From: Ginkgo biloba
Taxonomy: Eukaryota > Plantae > Ginkgophyta
Reading direction: 5' to 3'
NCBI GenBank assembly: GCA_024626585.2
Contig: JANKJI020000004.1
Coordinates: 74,781,932-74,805,975, forward strand
Length of the DNA stretch: 24,044 nt
The notes beneath the pieces are model-generated. The model ran no database searches. It saw only the letters and a program-made list of their open reading frames with translations, and was not told the origin of the DNA. Shown piece after piece: positions 12,601 to 22,295 of the stretch (its first letter is position 1; the number at the start of each line of letters is the position of its first letter). Both the position numbers and the translations under genes were made by a program.

Positions 12601-15600
12601 TACAAAACTAGATGCAATACAACTACTATAATGAGAACAACAACTTCCAGCTAATTCAACCTTCTTTTGTAGCTTCATTCAACATCAAAACAACTCCAAA
12701 TGATGCAATAATTATCCTAGTAAGGGTGCCTTCAGTAATAACATGATCTAGGGTTCTCTCTCAAGAATTCCCCCAAAAAGGTTGCAAAAACGCAAAGACA
12801 ACACTTTGCCCTAGCTTAGGATAGCAATAGAGCAAAAACTGCAACTTGTAAGAGCAATAGTAAAAACAAGCTACACACGAAAAATAAGAAATCCAACGTA
12901 GAACATGAGATAATAATGATGTGAGACGTGTTCCTCAGCCTTCCTTTTATACTTCTACATGATATTAGGTTGTACTTAATGTTGGCTCACAAGTTGGGAT
13001 GGCTTAACCTTAAAAGTCTTTACGAAGGGTTAATTGCTCTTTAGATAGGTGGCACTAGGGTTTTAGGTAGCCTTTTACCCCTTCTTAAGTTAATTTTGTG
13101 TCCCTTTAGGGTCTCACACTCAAATTTAGCCTTTGACTTCAAACATAACACTCTAACTTCCTCCCTAAGCTCTTTTCTAGAGTTGTCTTTTGTAGTTAAA
13201 GGCCTTTTGACTTTAAGAGGCCTAATTAATTCGTCTAAGCCTCTATTCTTCTTAGTTCCAAACCTTCTAAGCTCTTTGATCGACCTTTGACCGCGTTTGA
13301 CCAAGCTTTGATCCAAGTTGATTGGGATGTAACACTAGGGCACCTCCCTTCAAGGAAAAAAGGATGAGGATGTAGTGCCACATGGGGTTTTCTAGGATAT
13401 GGAGCAACCCTAGGGATAAACATAGCTTTATATGGTGGTTTATATTCCTTCATTATGAAATAAATAAGGATTATATGAGCTTAGATATCTCTAATCATCT
13501 TCTCTTGTCATCATTGTGTTCATGGCAAAGGCATACTCTTGTTGTTATTCTACTGAATTCTGAACTATTGCTGCATAAGGAAACTATTGTTTCAAGTTTT
13601 AGCATCTTTTGAAGAAGTTGCAGCCTGTGGGAATTACAGGACCCGACTATCTCCTGAGTAGATGAAAAAAGATACTCTTTCTCAAAAGAAGGAATGTAAG
13701 TATGGAAAAGAACAGAAATAACCTCATCACATACCAAATGCCGCACACTATTGAGAAGAGGGAATACAAATTTCCAAAGGCAATGCTCCCACATTTCTTT
13801 TGATAACTTGTGTCCATGACTGCTAAGAGATTGGAAAAGGGTACGAATAGCCGAGTTCCTTACCTGTAAGGTTAAAAATGTCTAATCATACCTCTAGGAT
13901 GGCAATACTACGCACAAGTGTAAAAGACCACAAAATGTTGAAGAATCCTTCATATGAAAAGCTGGTAAAAAATATCTTAAATGAAAGATTAGTTAACATT
14001 TGGCAAAAGTAAATTGGTGTTTGATAATGTTCAAATAGGTTAGAGTACATTTGTCGGAAGGTGAGATTCATGTAGGAACTAGAGATTTAAACAGACTCCA
14101 ATTAAAACACATTGCATATCTCCATGATGTATATTGAACTTGTCATACAAGTAGAATTGACTGCAAGAGCTTGTGTAGTCAACTTCAAGGAAAGAACAAA
14201 AATCAGCTGGCCTATTGATGTGGATATGAATCCCCTAGATCTACAATTTTGACACACTTACAACTCACGGTTACCAATTTTTTGATTTGCCAATTTGTTC
14301 AATCAAGAAACATGAAGCTTGTAGTAAAAAAGAAACACCTCAGAAACATGTACCACTGGGATAGACAAAAATATTTACAACTCTGTCAGCAGAAGTTTGC
14401 AACAAGGGTAAAAAATAGTGCACCGCAGAACTGAAAATCAATGAAGGTAGTCATCAAAATATATTCAGAAGGGGTTGGGAAGCTCGATAGAAAGAGTCAG
14501 GAAGAAGAATACTAGCTACAATATATGGAGATCTTAAGAGCAGGTTGATGGACTAAAACAATAATCATTGATCCATGAATATAGGTAGAAACATAATTGA
14601 TGATAAAATGAGCACTGTGCTAGAATTACAACCATAGATGGGGGGAAGAGGCAAGAATGTGAAACCAGTACAGTAAAAAGAAAGGAAAACACTGTAGATC
14701 AATCCCATTATTGATGCTTGGTGAAGAAATTTCTTATGGCCTATATATAGGCAAGCATACATTGTTTAGTTTAAATAAAGTTTTTGCTATCAAAAGAAGT
14801 AAGCAAATTGTAACATAGAATAACCTTCATCTATAAATTAGTAATGGGGAAAGTACCTCCGGTCTCTCATCTGTTCCAAGGTTTTGTAAAACACCAAATA
14901 CTGATAGTAATAATTTGTCACAATCCAATTCAAACACCATGGAAGATGTCTTTTCAGAGCTTTCAGTGGACACATCAGAAGCAGACCCCCTTCTCATATA
15001 TTTACCAGTTTTTTGCTCTCGAGCTTTTGGAGTTGCCTGTGCACCAACTCCACTTAATCTACGTCCTGTAGTACCAATAATGAGTTTTGCATTTTAAGAA
15101 ACCATATACCCACAATGTAAAAAATTCCATGCAAGTTTCAATATACTTGTAGCCTCTAACAGAATAGATGACAGTAGTGACTTCACCTATTTCCTTGGTC
15201 TCAAAGTGCTCATAATTTACCCCTCTTGCAAAAAAGTCTGATGTAGTCCATAGAAGTCCTATGGCAGTCAAGCTTATATTAACATCCATCCTCTGTGCAC
15301 CATATGCTCCAGCGACCTCAATGCATCTGATGAACAATATTCTAATATAAATTACTGCAAACATTACCCTAACTCTTCAGCCTCTCAAATAAAATACTTG
15401 CATGCCATGAAAAATGACTTCTCTAGAAAGGCAATTAGCAGTAAAATTATGTCTTACATTTCAAGACAATGCGCAGGAACTGCTAGAAGCCCATCATTCA
15501 TGATGACGCGTACNNNNNNNNNNNNNNNNNNNNNNNNNNNNNNNNNNNNNNNNNNNNNNNNNNNNNNNNNNNNNNNNNNNNNNNNNNNNNNNNNNNNNNN

Positions 15601-18600
15601 NNNNNNNNNNNNNAAATTCTTCACTACCTCTTTCAGGTAGTTTGTGATCTCCAAGGTTAGGAGATTTATACAAGCACATGTGCTGGATAGGGAGCCCCCC
15701 AAACCATTAAGCACCTTCAAGTGACACCTCAACTCCTTAGTGAGGGACTGGGTTCCATCTGGGCCCTTAACTGGGTATTTCTCTAAAGGATCAGTACCCA
15801 CCATTTTGAAGGAGCAACCCCCCTCCCCAAATTTTCTAACCTTGCTTATAGTGTGATCCTCCTCTGAGGAGTCCATAAAGTCCAGAAACTTGGCCTTTTC
15901 TGCAAACTTCTTCTAGAGTCAAGTTGACCTCCTACTGCACTTGGCCAAACTAGCATTCAAAGTTTGTGCGGGGGGGCTTCCTCTTCCTACCACCACCTTC
16001 TTTAATCCCGGCCAAGGGAAATTCATCCTCCTGACTTATCGAACCCTCCTCTGACTCTGAGACAGCACTTGATTATCCCAGACATCATCCTAACTTTGGC
16101 TTCACCTTCATATAACATGCTGTTACTGGAAGCCCAGTTAAGACATTCATGAATGCCCAAACATGTACGAAATGAATGCATAATCTGGACTCAGGCACAA
16201 TCTGCCAGTTTGTGAGATCAACAATCACTTTCCATCCTCCAGGATATTTTCCTCATCATCAGATAAACAGAAAATGCAAACAGCGTGGTGATCAATTTAC
16301 ACATGCAGTCCAATGGTACAATGAATGATGGATGGTAGAGAGGTCACAGGATCCAGCCTGCCAAAATGATTCAGAAATAGAAATACAAATATACTAATGT
16401 CTCCTAGTGACCAAAAAGCAGTCAATGGGACAAACATGTGATACAACTCCAAGGGAGCATTGTACGCAACTCCAAAACTAAAATTAAAAAACTAGAAATT
16501 ACAATAAACGAAAATAAGACACCGTAAAGTGATACATAGAATACATCCAAAGGTGGTGTGAGGGTTAATCCCTTCCAGTCTATAAATGACACCAAAGTCT
16601 GCATTTAGTGTTACCAACACTAAATGGGCCTGTATGAGATAGGACTACAGGTCATCCACAAATGTGTACCCTCCCAGGGCTTGTCGAATGATCTCCTCTG
16701 CAGTCTGGTCATCAATGGGACTAATGGGTTGTGTGTCTGTGGGTCAGGGAGGCCAACTGCCATCTGCCTCAACTTGGATTTGTGTCTCTCCTACCATCCA
16801 AGGCCGCTGTGTATCTTCCAAAGAAGCTGGTGATAAGCACATGATGACCCGACAAGAGGGAAGGAAATCCTCATTATTTCAGCATTTTGGNNNNNNNNNN
16901 NNNNNNNNNNNNNNNNNNNNNNNNNNNNNNNNNNNNNNNNNNNNNNNNNNNNNNNNNNNNNNNNNNNNNNNNNNNNNNNNNNNNNNNNNNATTGATAGCT
17001 CCTTCATAAGAAGTGGGTTGGACAACCTTTATTTTTCGTTTATAATTTAGCAACTGACCTTCTACGAACCATCGCCGCTTCAAGCCCTCTGTGATTTGGG
17101 ACTCCATCTTTTTCATCAATACTTTCAATTGCCTATGATATAGACAAAAATGTCTCCTTTTTCTTACTTCATATTGTAAATCTCATCAATGAGTTCTTCA
17201 TCCTCCCTTAAAAGCTTGAACCCTTTGTAGTGATTTCCAATCCTTGAAATGATCCACTACAAATTCCTTATATAAGCCATTAGCAATATCCCACAATGTT
17301 GCTAGTAACACCCTCAACCAATGAATTTTGTGATGGTCATCCTAGACATTTGCCATCCATATTGTTTCATAAACATTATAATGTTGAGTAGGGTCTTCCT
17401 TTCCATTCCCATTGAGTGTAGGCAACCTCTACCTCTCCATTTGAGCTATCGATGAACTCTCACTCATCCTTGGCCTATTTGGCCCACTCAACACACTTAG
17501 CCCAATTAGCGCAATACTTGGCCCAATTGACACACTTTCTCCACTCGAGATGCATTGTTAACTTAGCACAATGTCGTCGTCCACAAACATCAGCCCACTC
17601 TCACCATTGAACATTGACAATAGTCTTTCGCTTTCCCTGTCGCCAACAAACGTCCAACCTCTTTCTTGATTTTCGCAACTTAATTGTGCAAAAAGGTCTA
17701 CAATATAGATCGCCTCTAGAGACTCACCTTTCCATATCACAATATTTTGAACATCCACACCTTTTTGGATAGCATCCTCTTCTCGGATGGTATACTCTTC
17801 TTGTCATCATCTTTTTGCCTCCCATCGCCTGACAATATGTACCGACCATCAAACAAGGAGTAAAACTTCATTATCATTGAACTTTTCATTGCCAAATTGC
17901 TTTCAAGATCGTCGTTAAGATGTTTGGCCAGAGCCCCACCATGGCATCAAAGAGGACGAAGATTATATGGCATCGATGTAGAAATTTTCAATTCTCTAAA
18001 TGACTTCTTCCTCCTCCCACCAAATCCAAATTCAATGCAACAAGTTGGGCCATGCATCTACTAGTTGCAATTACTATCAACTATTGGTCATGCAATTAAG
18101 ATTGCTTTGTCGAGCTTTCATTTGTGCAATTATCCTTTGCCTCTCGAGTTCTTACATCCACTCAAACAATAGTGTTGGAACCATAGCGAAAAATCATTCC
18201 ACTTCTTCTATAAAGAAATTAGCTTCAAGTTCTAACATAATATATGCTTTGACCAAAATATAATCTTCGACAAGTTAGTTCCACCATGGACAAATTTTAG
18301 CTTCATGAACTCGTCATCCATCGCACCACTAATGTAGGGGATAGGGNNNNNNNNNNNNNNNNNNNNNNNNNNNNNNNNNNNNNNNNNNNNNNNNNNNNNN
18401 NNNNNNNNNNNNNNNNNNNNNNNNNNNNNNNNNNNNNNNNNNNNNNCTTTTCAGCTGGGTTCTTCGGGGTGTTGAGCGGGGTGCGCACCCCGATCAGCAC
18501 CGGGGTTCGCCAGGGTGCGCCTAGGCGCACCCGACCCCGCACCTGTGCACCCGGTGCAGGGTGCGCAAACCCAGTAACACTGAAATTAAATTACAAAATG

Positions 18601-19770
18601 TACTTTAATTATTATACATAGTTAATGAGGGAGTTATTGTTTCAAATGTAACGTTCCTATGGGAATGTAGCTGTATATGTATTTCCCCAATTCAAATGAA
18701 TGATATCGAACCAGTTTCTGATAGTGTTCTCCATTTTCTTACAACATATTCCTGAATAGGACCATTTATCTCCTTCTTGAGAATCTAGAAAGTAAAGACT
18801 AGAAACGTAGAGAAGAGAATCTACTAGGTGGCAATCAATCAACAGATATCCCATTAGTCTGAAGTAGGGCAGTCACCTTGCTATTGGGAGCTCAAGCGAC
18901 ACTAGCACCTCTGAGGAACAAAGGACTATGTATGAGTATCTCCCTGTAATGAGTGGTGTGCCACTCCATTATGGTGCAAAGTGCACAGTTGTCCTTTAAT
19001 ACGATTGCAATATTCTTTATGACTCTGCTTTATGAAACTATCTGCAACTCTTGGTTAGGCACATTTCAAATGTATCAATTTCCTTTCAATGCTCAGTGTG
19101 AAGCACTGTTTCAAGTGGACTCAAGAAACATCAGTCAACCCTACACTGGTTATACATTATGACATACAAAAAGAAAAAGAAAGCTGAAATAAGTGTAGGA
19201 CAAGGACAATCAAGAATACACAAGAAATGTATTTTACTATACCTGAAAGCCTAATGGTATGAGGTCCTTCTCTGATGCATTCACAACTGACCTGCCATGA
19301 GTATTGGTCAAACTCAATAAGCTAACTCAAACAAAACAACAGATGGGTAGTTACTTCATAATCTTGAAATAGTAACAACTGTTTTGAGACAAACAACATA
19401 ACTGAAGGACTAAAACTGAGTCATTCACCTTAACGTTTCCAGAATGCTTGGCCAACTATGGTATAGCTTCTCACCATGTCTCTGAAATAATAAGGCAATT
19501 AAAATACATAACATTCAATAACTGTACATAAAACTGAAACCTTCCGTTAAGTAATACACGGCAATTTTTGAAAGAGTAATAAATCACCTCTAGAACGTGT
19601 AATAGAATTTTCAGTGAACCAGCACGAACTTCAGCATTTTGACTATTACTGTACAATGCTCGTAAGGGTAAAATAACAGCACACTCTAAGCTTTTGGGTT
19701 CTGAATTAAACTCATGTTGCTCCCTTCCTGTGTCAGAAACTTTGCCATCTGAGATATTATTAACAGCTTT
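9201..19770 (-). CDS. MON2: MON2 homologue (ARF-GEF-like, ARM/HEAT-repeat trafficking protein), internal multi-exon portion; gene extends beyond the visible exons on both sides; possibly disrupted at about 13603
   Basis: Manually spliced exons give peptides matching plant MON2 as I recall it: EVRAGSLKILLHVLE-RHGEKLYHSWPSILETLR-SVVNASEKDLIPLGFQ-VRVIMNDGL...NISLTAIGLLWTTSDF...DERPE-VRNSAIRTLFQ...RNTAQKQWDETLVLVLGG...NGSKEVALAAINCLQT...PEVIAALGR. Visible introns are GT-AG with consistent phase. Confidence 0.93.
10339..10439 (-). CDS. MON2: MON2 exon (3' end in gap): GSIPPVHRAVLEAFSLLKPKGEQHSCMWPSFLR
   Basis: Acceptor ttctcag|GGA. Matches the PPV.R.VLE...MW pattern. Runs into the N gap at 10338. 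Confidence 0.9.
10593..10714 (-). CDS. MON2: MON2 exon, 122 nt: GELYVQANSMFDSSLYLRVLALVDLMARNPKNIVDGTAMDY
   Basis: Acceptor ggacag|GT and donor TAT|gtaaga. Conserved LGELYVQ...MFD. Confidence 0.92.
10894..11017 (-). CDS. MON2: MON2 exon, 124 nt: GNMPLDFFKSGFLIYETVLKNAADYNSRVTSKAKQELLRSL(G)
   Basis: Acceptor catgcag|GGA and donor CTGG|gtaagt. Phase 0 to 1. Confidence 0.92.
11461..11573 (-). CDS. MON2: MON2 exon, 113 nt: GWDSLLFFIQESILNGSKEVALAAINCLQTVLLAHCSK
   Basis: Acceptor tttgcag|GT and donor AAG|gtattt. Conserved NGSKEV.LAAINCLQ. Confidence 0.95.
11675..11790 (-). CDS. MON2: MON2 exon, 116 nt: RNTAQKQWDETLVLVLGGMSRLLRPFFLFLQTLNNFQK(G)
   Basis: Acceptor ttttacag|T and donor AAAG|gttaga. 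Contains the hallmark RNTAQKQWDET motif. Confidence 0.95.
11943..11952 (-). CDS. MON2: MON2 exon 3' fragment ..HHS (remainder in 100-N gap)
   Basis: TA CAT CAC AG|gtatgg. The phase 2 donor joins T-CGC-AAT of the next exon to give HHS-RNTAQKQW. Confidence 0.8.
12053..13334 (-). mobile_element. LTR-like segment of an LTR retrotransposon
   Basis: On the minus strand it begins TGTTACATCCC at 13334, just after a purine-rich PPT-like tract (TTGAAGGGAGG). TATAAAAGG box at 12951-12943. Non-coding. The other end was not identified before the gap. Confidence 0.55.
13603..13624 (-). CDS. MON2: MON2 exon 5' fragment AATSSKD, interrupted (no donor; TGA at 13594-13592)
   Basis: Acceptor cccacag|GCT GCA ACT TCT TCA AAA GAT G, followed by unrelated CTAAAACTTGA instead of the expected EWQGKE. 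Confidence 0.8.
13735..13863 (-). CDS. MON2: MON2 exon, 129 nt: VRNSAIRTLFQSLSSHGHKLSKEMWEHCLWKFVFPLLNSVRHL
   Basis: Acceptor cttacag|GTA and donor TTG|gtatgt. Phase 0 to 0. Completes the DERPE-VRNSA motif. Confidence 0.94.
14857..15065 (-). CDS. MON2: MON2 exon, 209 nt: GRRLSGVGAQATPKAREQKTGKYMRRGSASDVSTESSEKTSSMVFELDCDKLLLSVFGVLQNLGTDERPE
   Basis: Acceptor tactacag|GA and donor GAG|gtactt. Open frame ending in conserved LG.DERPE. Not in the ORF track on this strand. Confidence 0.9.
15187..15326 (-). CDS. MON2: MON2 exon, 140 nt: CIEVAGAYGAQRMDVNISLTAIGLLWTTSDFFARGVNYEHFETKEI(G)
   Basis: Acceptor catcag|A and donor ATAG|gtgaag. Contains the hallmark NISLTAIGLLW motif. Phase 2 to 1. Confidence 0.95.
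15458..15513 (-). CDS. MON2: MON2 exon (first bases in gap): VRVIMNDGLLAVPAHCLE(I)
   Basis: Conserved RVIMNDGL motif. Donor GAA AT|gtaaga, phase 2. Confidence 0.9.
16602..16626. repeat. Perfect 11-bp inverted repeat, 3-nt spacer
   Basis: CATTTAGTGTT-ACC-AACACTAAATG. Confidence 0.85.
18447..18582. mobile_element. GC-rich terminal region of a hAT-like DNA transposon/MITE
   Basis: Abrupt GC/CpG-rich block with repeated GGTGCGC/GCACCC motifs, ending in CAGTAACACTG (reverse complement CAGTGTTACTG, hAT-type TIR). The left side is lost in a gap. Confidence 0.6.
19243..19291 (-). CDS. MON2: MON2 exon, 49 nt: SVVNASEKDLIPLGFQ
   Basis: Acceptor ggcag|G and donor CAG|gtatag. Phase 2 to 0. Confidence 0.92.
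19429..19481 (-). CDS. MON2: MON2 exon, 53 nt: RHGEKLYHSWPSILETLR
   Basis: Acceptor tatttcag|AGA and donor AAG|gtgaat. Phase 0 to 2. Confidence 0.93.
19588..19770 (-). CDS. MON2: MON2 exon (5' end in N gap): ...KAVNNISDGKVSDTGREQHEFNSEPKSLECAVILPLRALYSNSQNAEVRAGSLKILLHVLE
   Basis: Open frame from the gap edge to donor GAG|GTGATT, phase 0. Contains the conserved VRAGSLKILLHVLE motif. Confidence 0.92.
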
Positions 19771-20565
19771 NNNNNNNNNNNNNNNNNNNNNNNNNNNNNN
19801 NNNNNNNNNNNNNNNNNNNNNNNNNNNNNNNNNNNNNNNNNNNNNNNNNNNNNNNNNNNNNNNNNNNNNNNNNNNNNNNNNNNNNNNNNNNNNNNNNNNN
19901 NNNNNNNNNNNNNNNNNNNNNNNNNNNNNNNNNNNNNNNNNNNNNNNNNNNNNNNNNNNNNNNNNNNNNNNNNNNNNNNNNNNNNNNNNNNNNNNNNNNN
20001 NNNNNNNNNNNNNNNNNNNNNNNNNNNNNNNNNNNNNNNNNNNNNNNNNNNNNNNNNNNNNNNNNNNNNNNNNNNNNNNNNNNNNNNNNNNNNNNNNNNN
20101 NNNNNNNNNNNNNNNNNNNNNNNNNNNNNNNNNNNNNNNNNNNNNNNNNNNNNNNNNNNNNNNNNNNNNNNNNNNNNNNNNNNNNNNNNNNNNNNNNNNN
20201 NNNNNNNNNNNNNNNNNNNNNNNNNNNNNNNNNNNNNNNNNNNNNNNNNNNNNNNNNNNNNNNNNNNNNNNNNNNNNNNNNNNNNNNNNNNNNNNNNNNN
20301 NNNNNNNNNNNNNNNNNNNNNNNNNNNNNNNNNNNNNNNNNNNNNNNNNNNNNNNNNNNNNNNNNNNNNNNNNNNNNNNNNNNNNNNNNNNNNNNNNNNN
20401 NNNNNNNNNNNNNNNNNNNNNNNNNNNNNNNNNNNNNNNNNNNNNNNNNNNNNNNNNNNNNNNNNNNNNNNNNNNNNNNNNNNNNNNNNNNNNNNNNNNN
20501 NNNNNNNNNNNNNNNNNNNNNNNNNNNNNNNNNNNNNNNNNNNNNNNNNNNNNNNNNNNNNNNNN

Positions 20566-20972
20566 GAAACAATGCATTTTCCATGGTAGGAAATTATCTT
20601 GGCCTTTCTGTCATGAAGAAAATGAATCCCAACCAATAAGTTGGTGCAAGCCATGGGCACCACATCATAGGTCATCTCATCCATAAAATCTTTGGTGATG
20701 GTGAAATTGAATATGCATTGATGAGTCACTCAGTCAAACTCCTTTCGATTCCTTCCACTTAGCTCACATATCTTTGACCTATCCAATCATGTACAATTCT
20801 TCTCTTTAGTAGAAGAAGTAGCTAATGATAGGAAATTGGCCTTTGGTTTGGCCTTTCCTTGGAATCCTATTGAAGTTTTCCTCCTAGCTTCAATCTCAGT
20901 GGCATACCTATATGCCTCATGTATGCTATGAAAAGGAAATAATTCTACATCATGCCTCAGATGATTGTGTAG
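20566..20972 (-). mobile_element. Ty3/Gypsy gag + aspartic protease remnant, internally deleted
   Basis: LHNHLRHDVELFPFHSIHEAYRYATEIE (gag-like), then THQCIFNFTITKDFMDEMTYDVVPMACTNLLVGIHFLHDRK, resembling the Gypsy protease C-half motif DEV.CDVVPM..C.LLLG.P.L.DR. Confidence 0.8.
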
Positions 20973-22295
20973 AGGTGGGTTGTCAGGCCTGGCTTCAGCT
21001 TTTCTCTTTATAGTCGTCATGCTTCACAGCACCAAGTAAATGATTTTTTTAGAGTGCAAGGAACCAGAGACAGAAACAAAATCTAGTCATTTAGCGATTT
21101 ATAGCCATTGTCTTATTTGTCTATGTGAACAACACCAACAGCACCAAAGATCAAAACTGTGATGAACTGAAGAGAGTAGAGATGGTGCACAACCAAGGCA
21201 AGCGATGGCTGATTAACCAGGTCGAATGGTCAGCCTCTCCAACATAGTAATTATCTAGAAAGTCAGACATTTCAGAAAACATCATGGAATTCAAGCTGAG
21301 GCAACAAAAGACGCATGACGTTGATTTTTGGCCGCCCTCATTTAATTGCATTGAAATTTGTGCTAGGAATCTGGCATAATACAGAAAAGCCGCCTTAGGG
21401 CTACACTGGCAGGGAATGAAACCAGGATTTTCTAGCATCTCGATCAATTACTTCAAACTTAGCAATCTCAAGGGTGTCGCCAGTTTATTGCCGACGGGAA
21501 GAGGAAAGGGACAAGTGGCAAGCGATGAACAGGGAACACCAAAGGTTTGTCAAAGCTAAGGAATCACCACGAGAATTCGCAATACGCGCGCACAAGTTGC
21601 AGCAAGTTTTTTAAAGTTTAAAATTAAAAAACAACCTTTATTTCTCCAAATTAAATGCCTTATTTCTCCTTGAAAAATATGTATAACTCCATAAGGATGA
21701 AAAAAAATTANNNNNNNNNNNNNNNNNNNNNNNNNNNNNNNNNNNNNNNNNNNNNNNNNNNNNNNNNNNNNNNNNNNNNNNNNNNNNNNNNNNNNNNNNN
21801 NNNNNNNNNNACTCAATGATGCCACATGTTGGCAACTAAAGGTGTTCACAATATTTCACCAAGTGTGTATTAATCACTCTAACACATATGAGGACATGAT
21901 ATACCATAAGTGAAACAAATAATGAAGAGGCCAAATTTTACCTTACAACATTGGATTTTACAAATCAAATCATAAAACAAGGAATATAATCAATGTGTTG
22001 ACTAATCTTAAAAAACTATGCTATTGAGACACAATCCACAAAGGTGATAAAGTGGGAGTAATACTTTATCTTCATATATATTAAATCATGCAATTTCCCC
22101 TGGAAAATAATATTATGGCATGTGAATTAGCTCCCACCACATAAATTTATTTCATAAACCAAGTGGGAGAAGGAAATAGATTTATAGCCTATGTAATTTG
22201 GTTGACTTATAAGGCTTGTAATATCTTACTTGATGAGCTTATCCAGTCTGAGGTTGAAGAATGACATAAGTAAATTTCTTGCTGAGAAGATAATT

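Noticed and set aside
13041-13453. Lys/Arg-rich ORFs (91 aa and 72 aa)
   Set aside because: They lie within or next to the LTR-like segment, show no recognisable domain, and have a composition typical of spurious ORFs.
15614-18346. Decayed coding-like DNA within the MON2 intron
   Set aside because: Probably old TE fragments, but I could not recognise a diagnostic motif, so no family call was made.
16606-18582. Single 2-kb hAT element bounded by TAGTGTTACC and CAGTAACACTG
   Set aside because: The flanks (TCTGCATT versus AAATTAAA) give no 8-bp TSD, the left end lacks the GC-rich subterminal motifs, and two gaps intervene.
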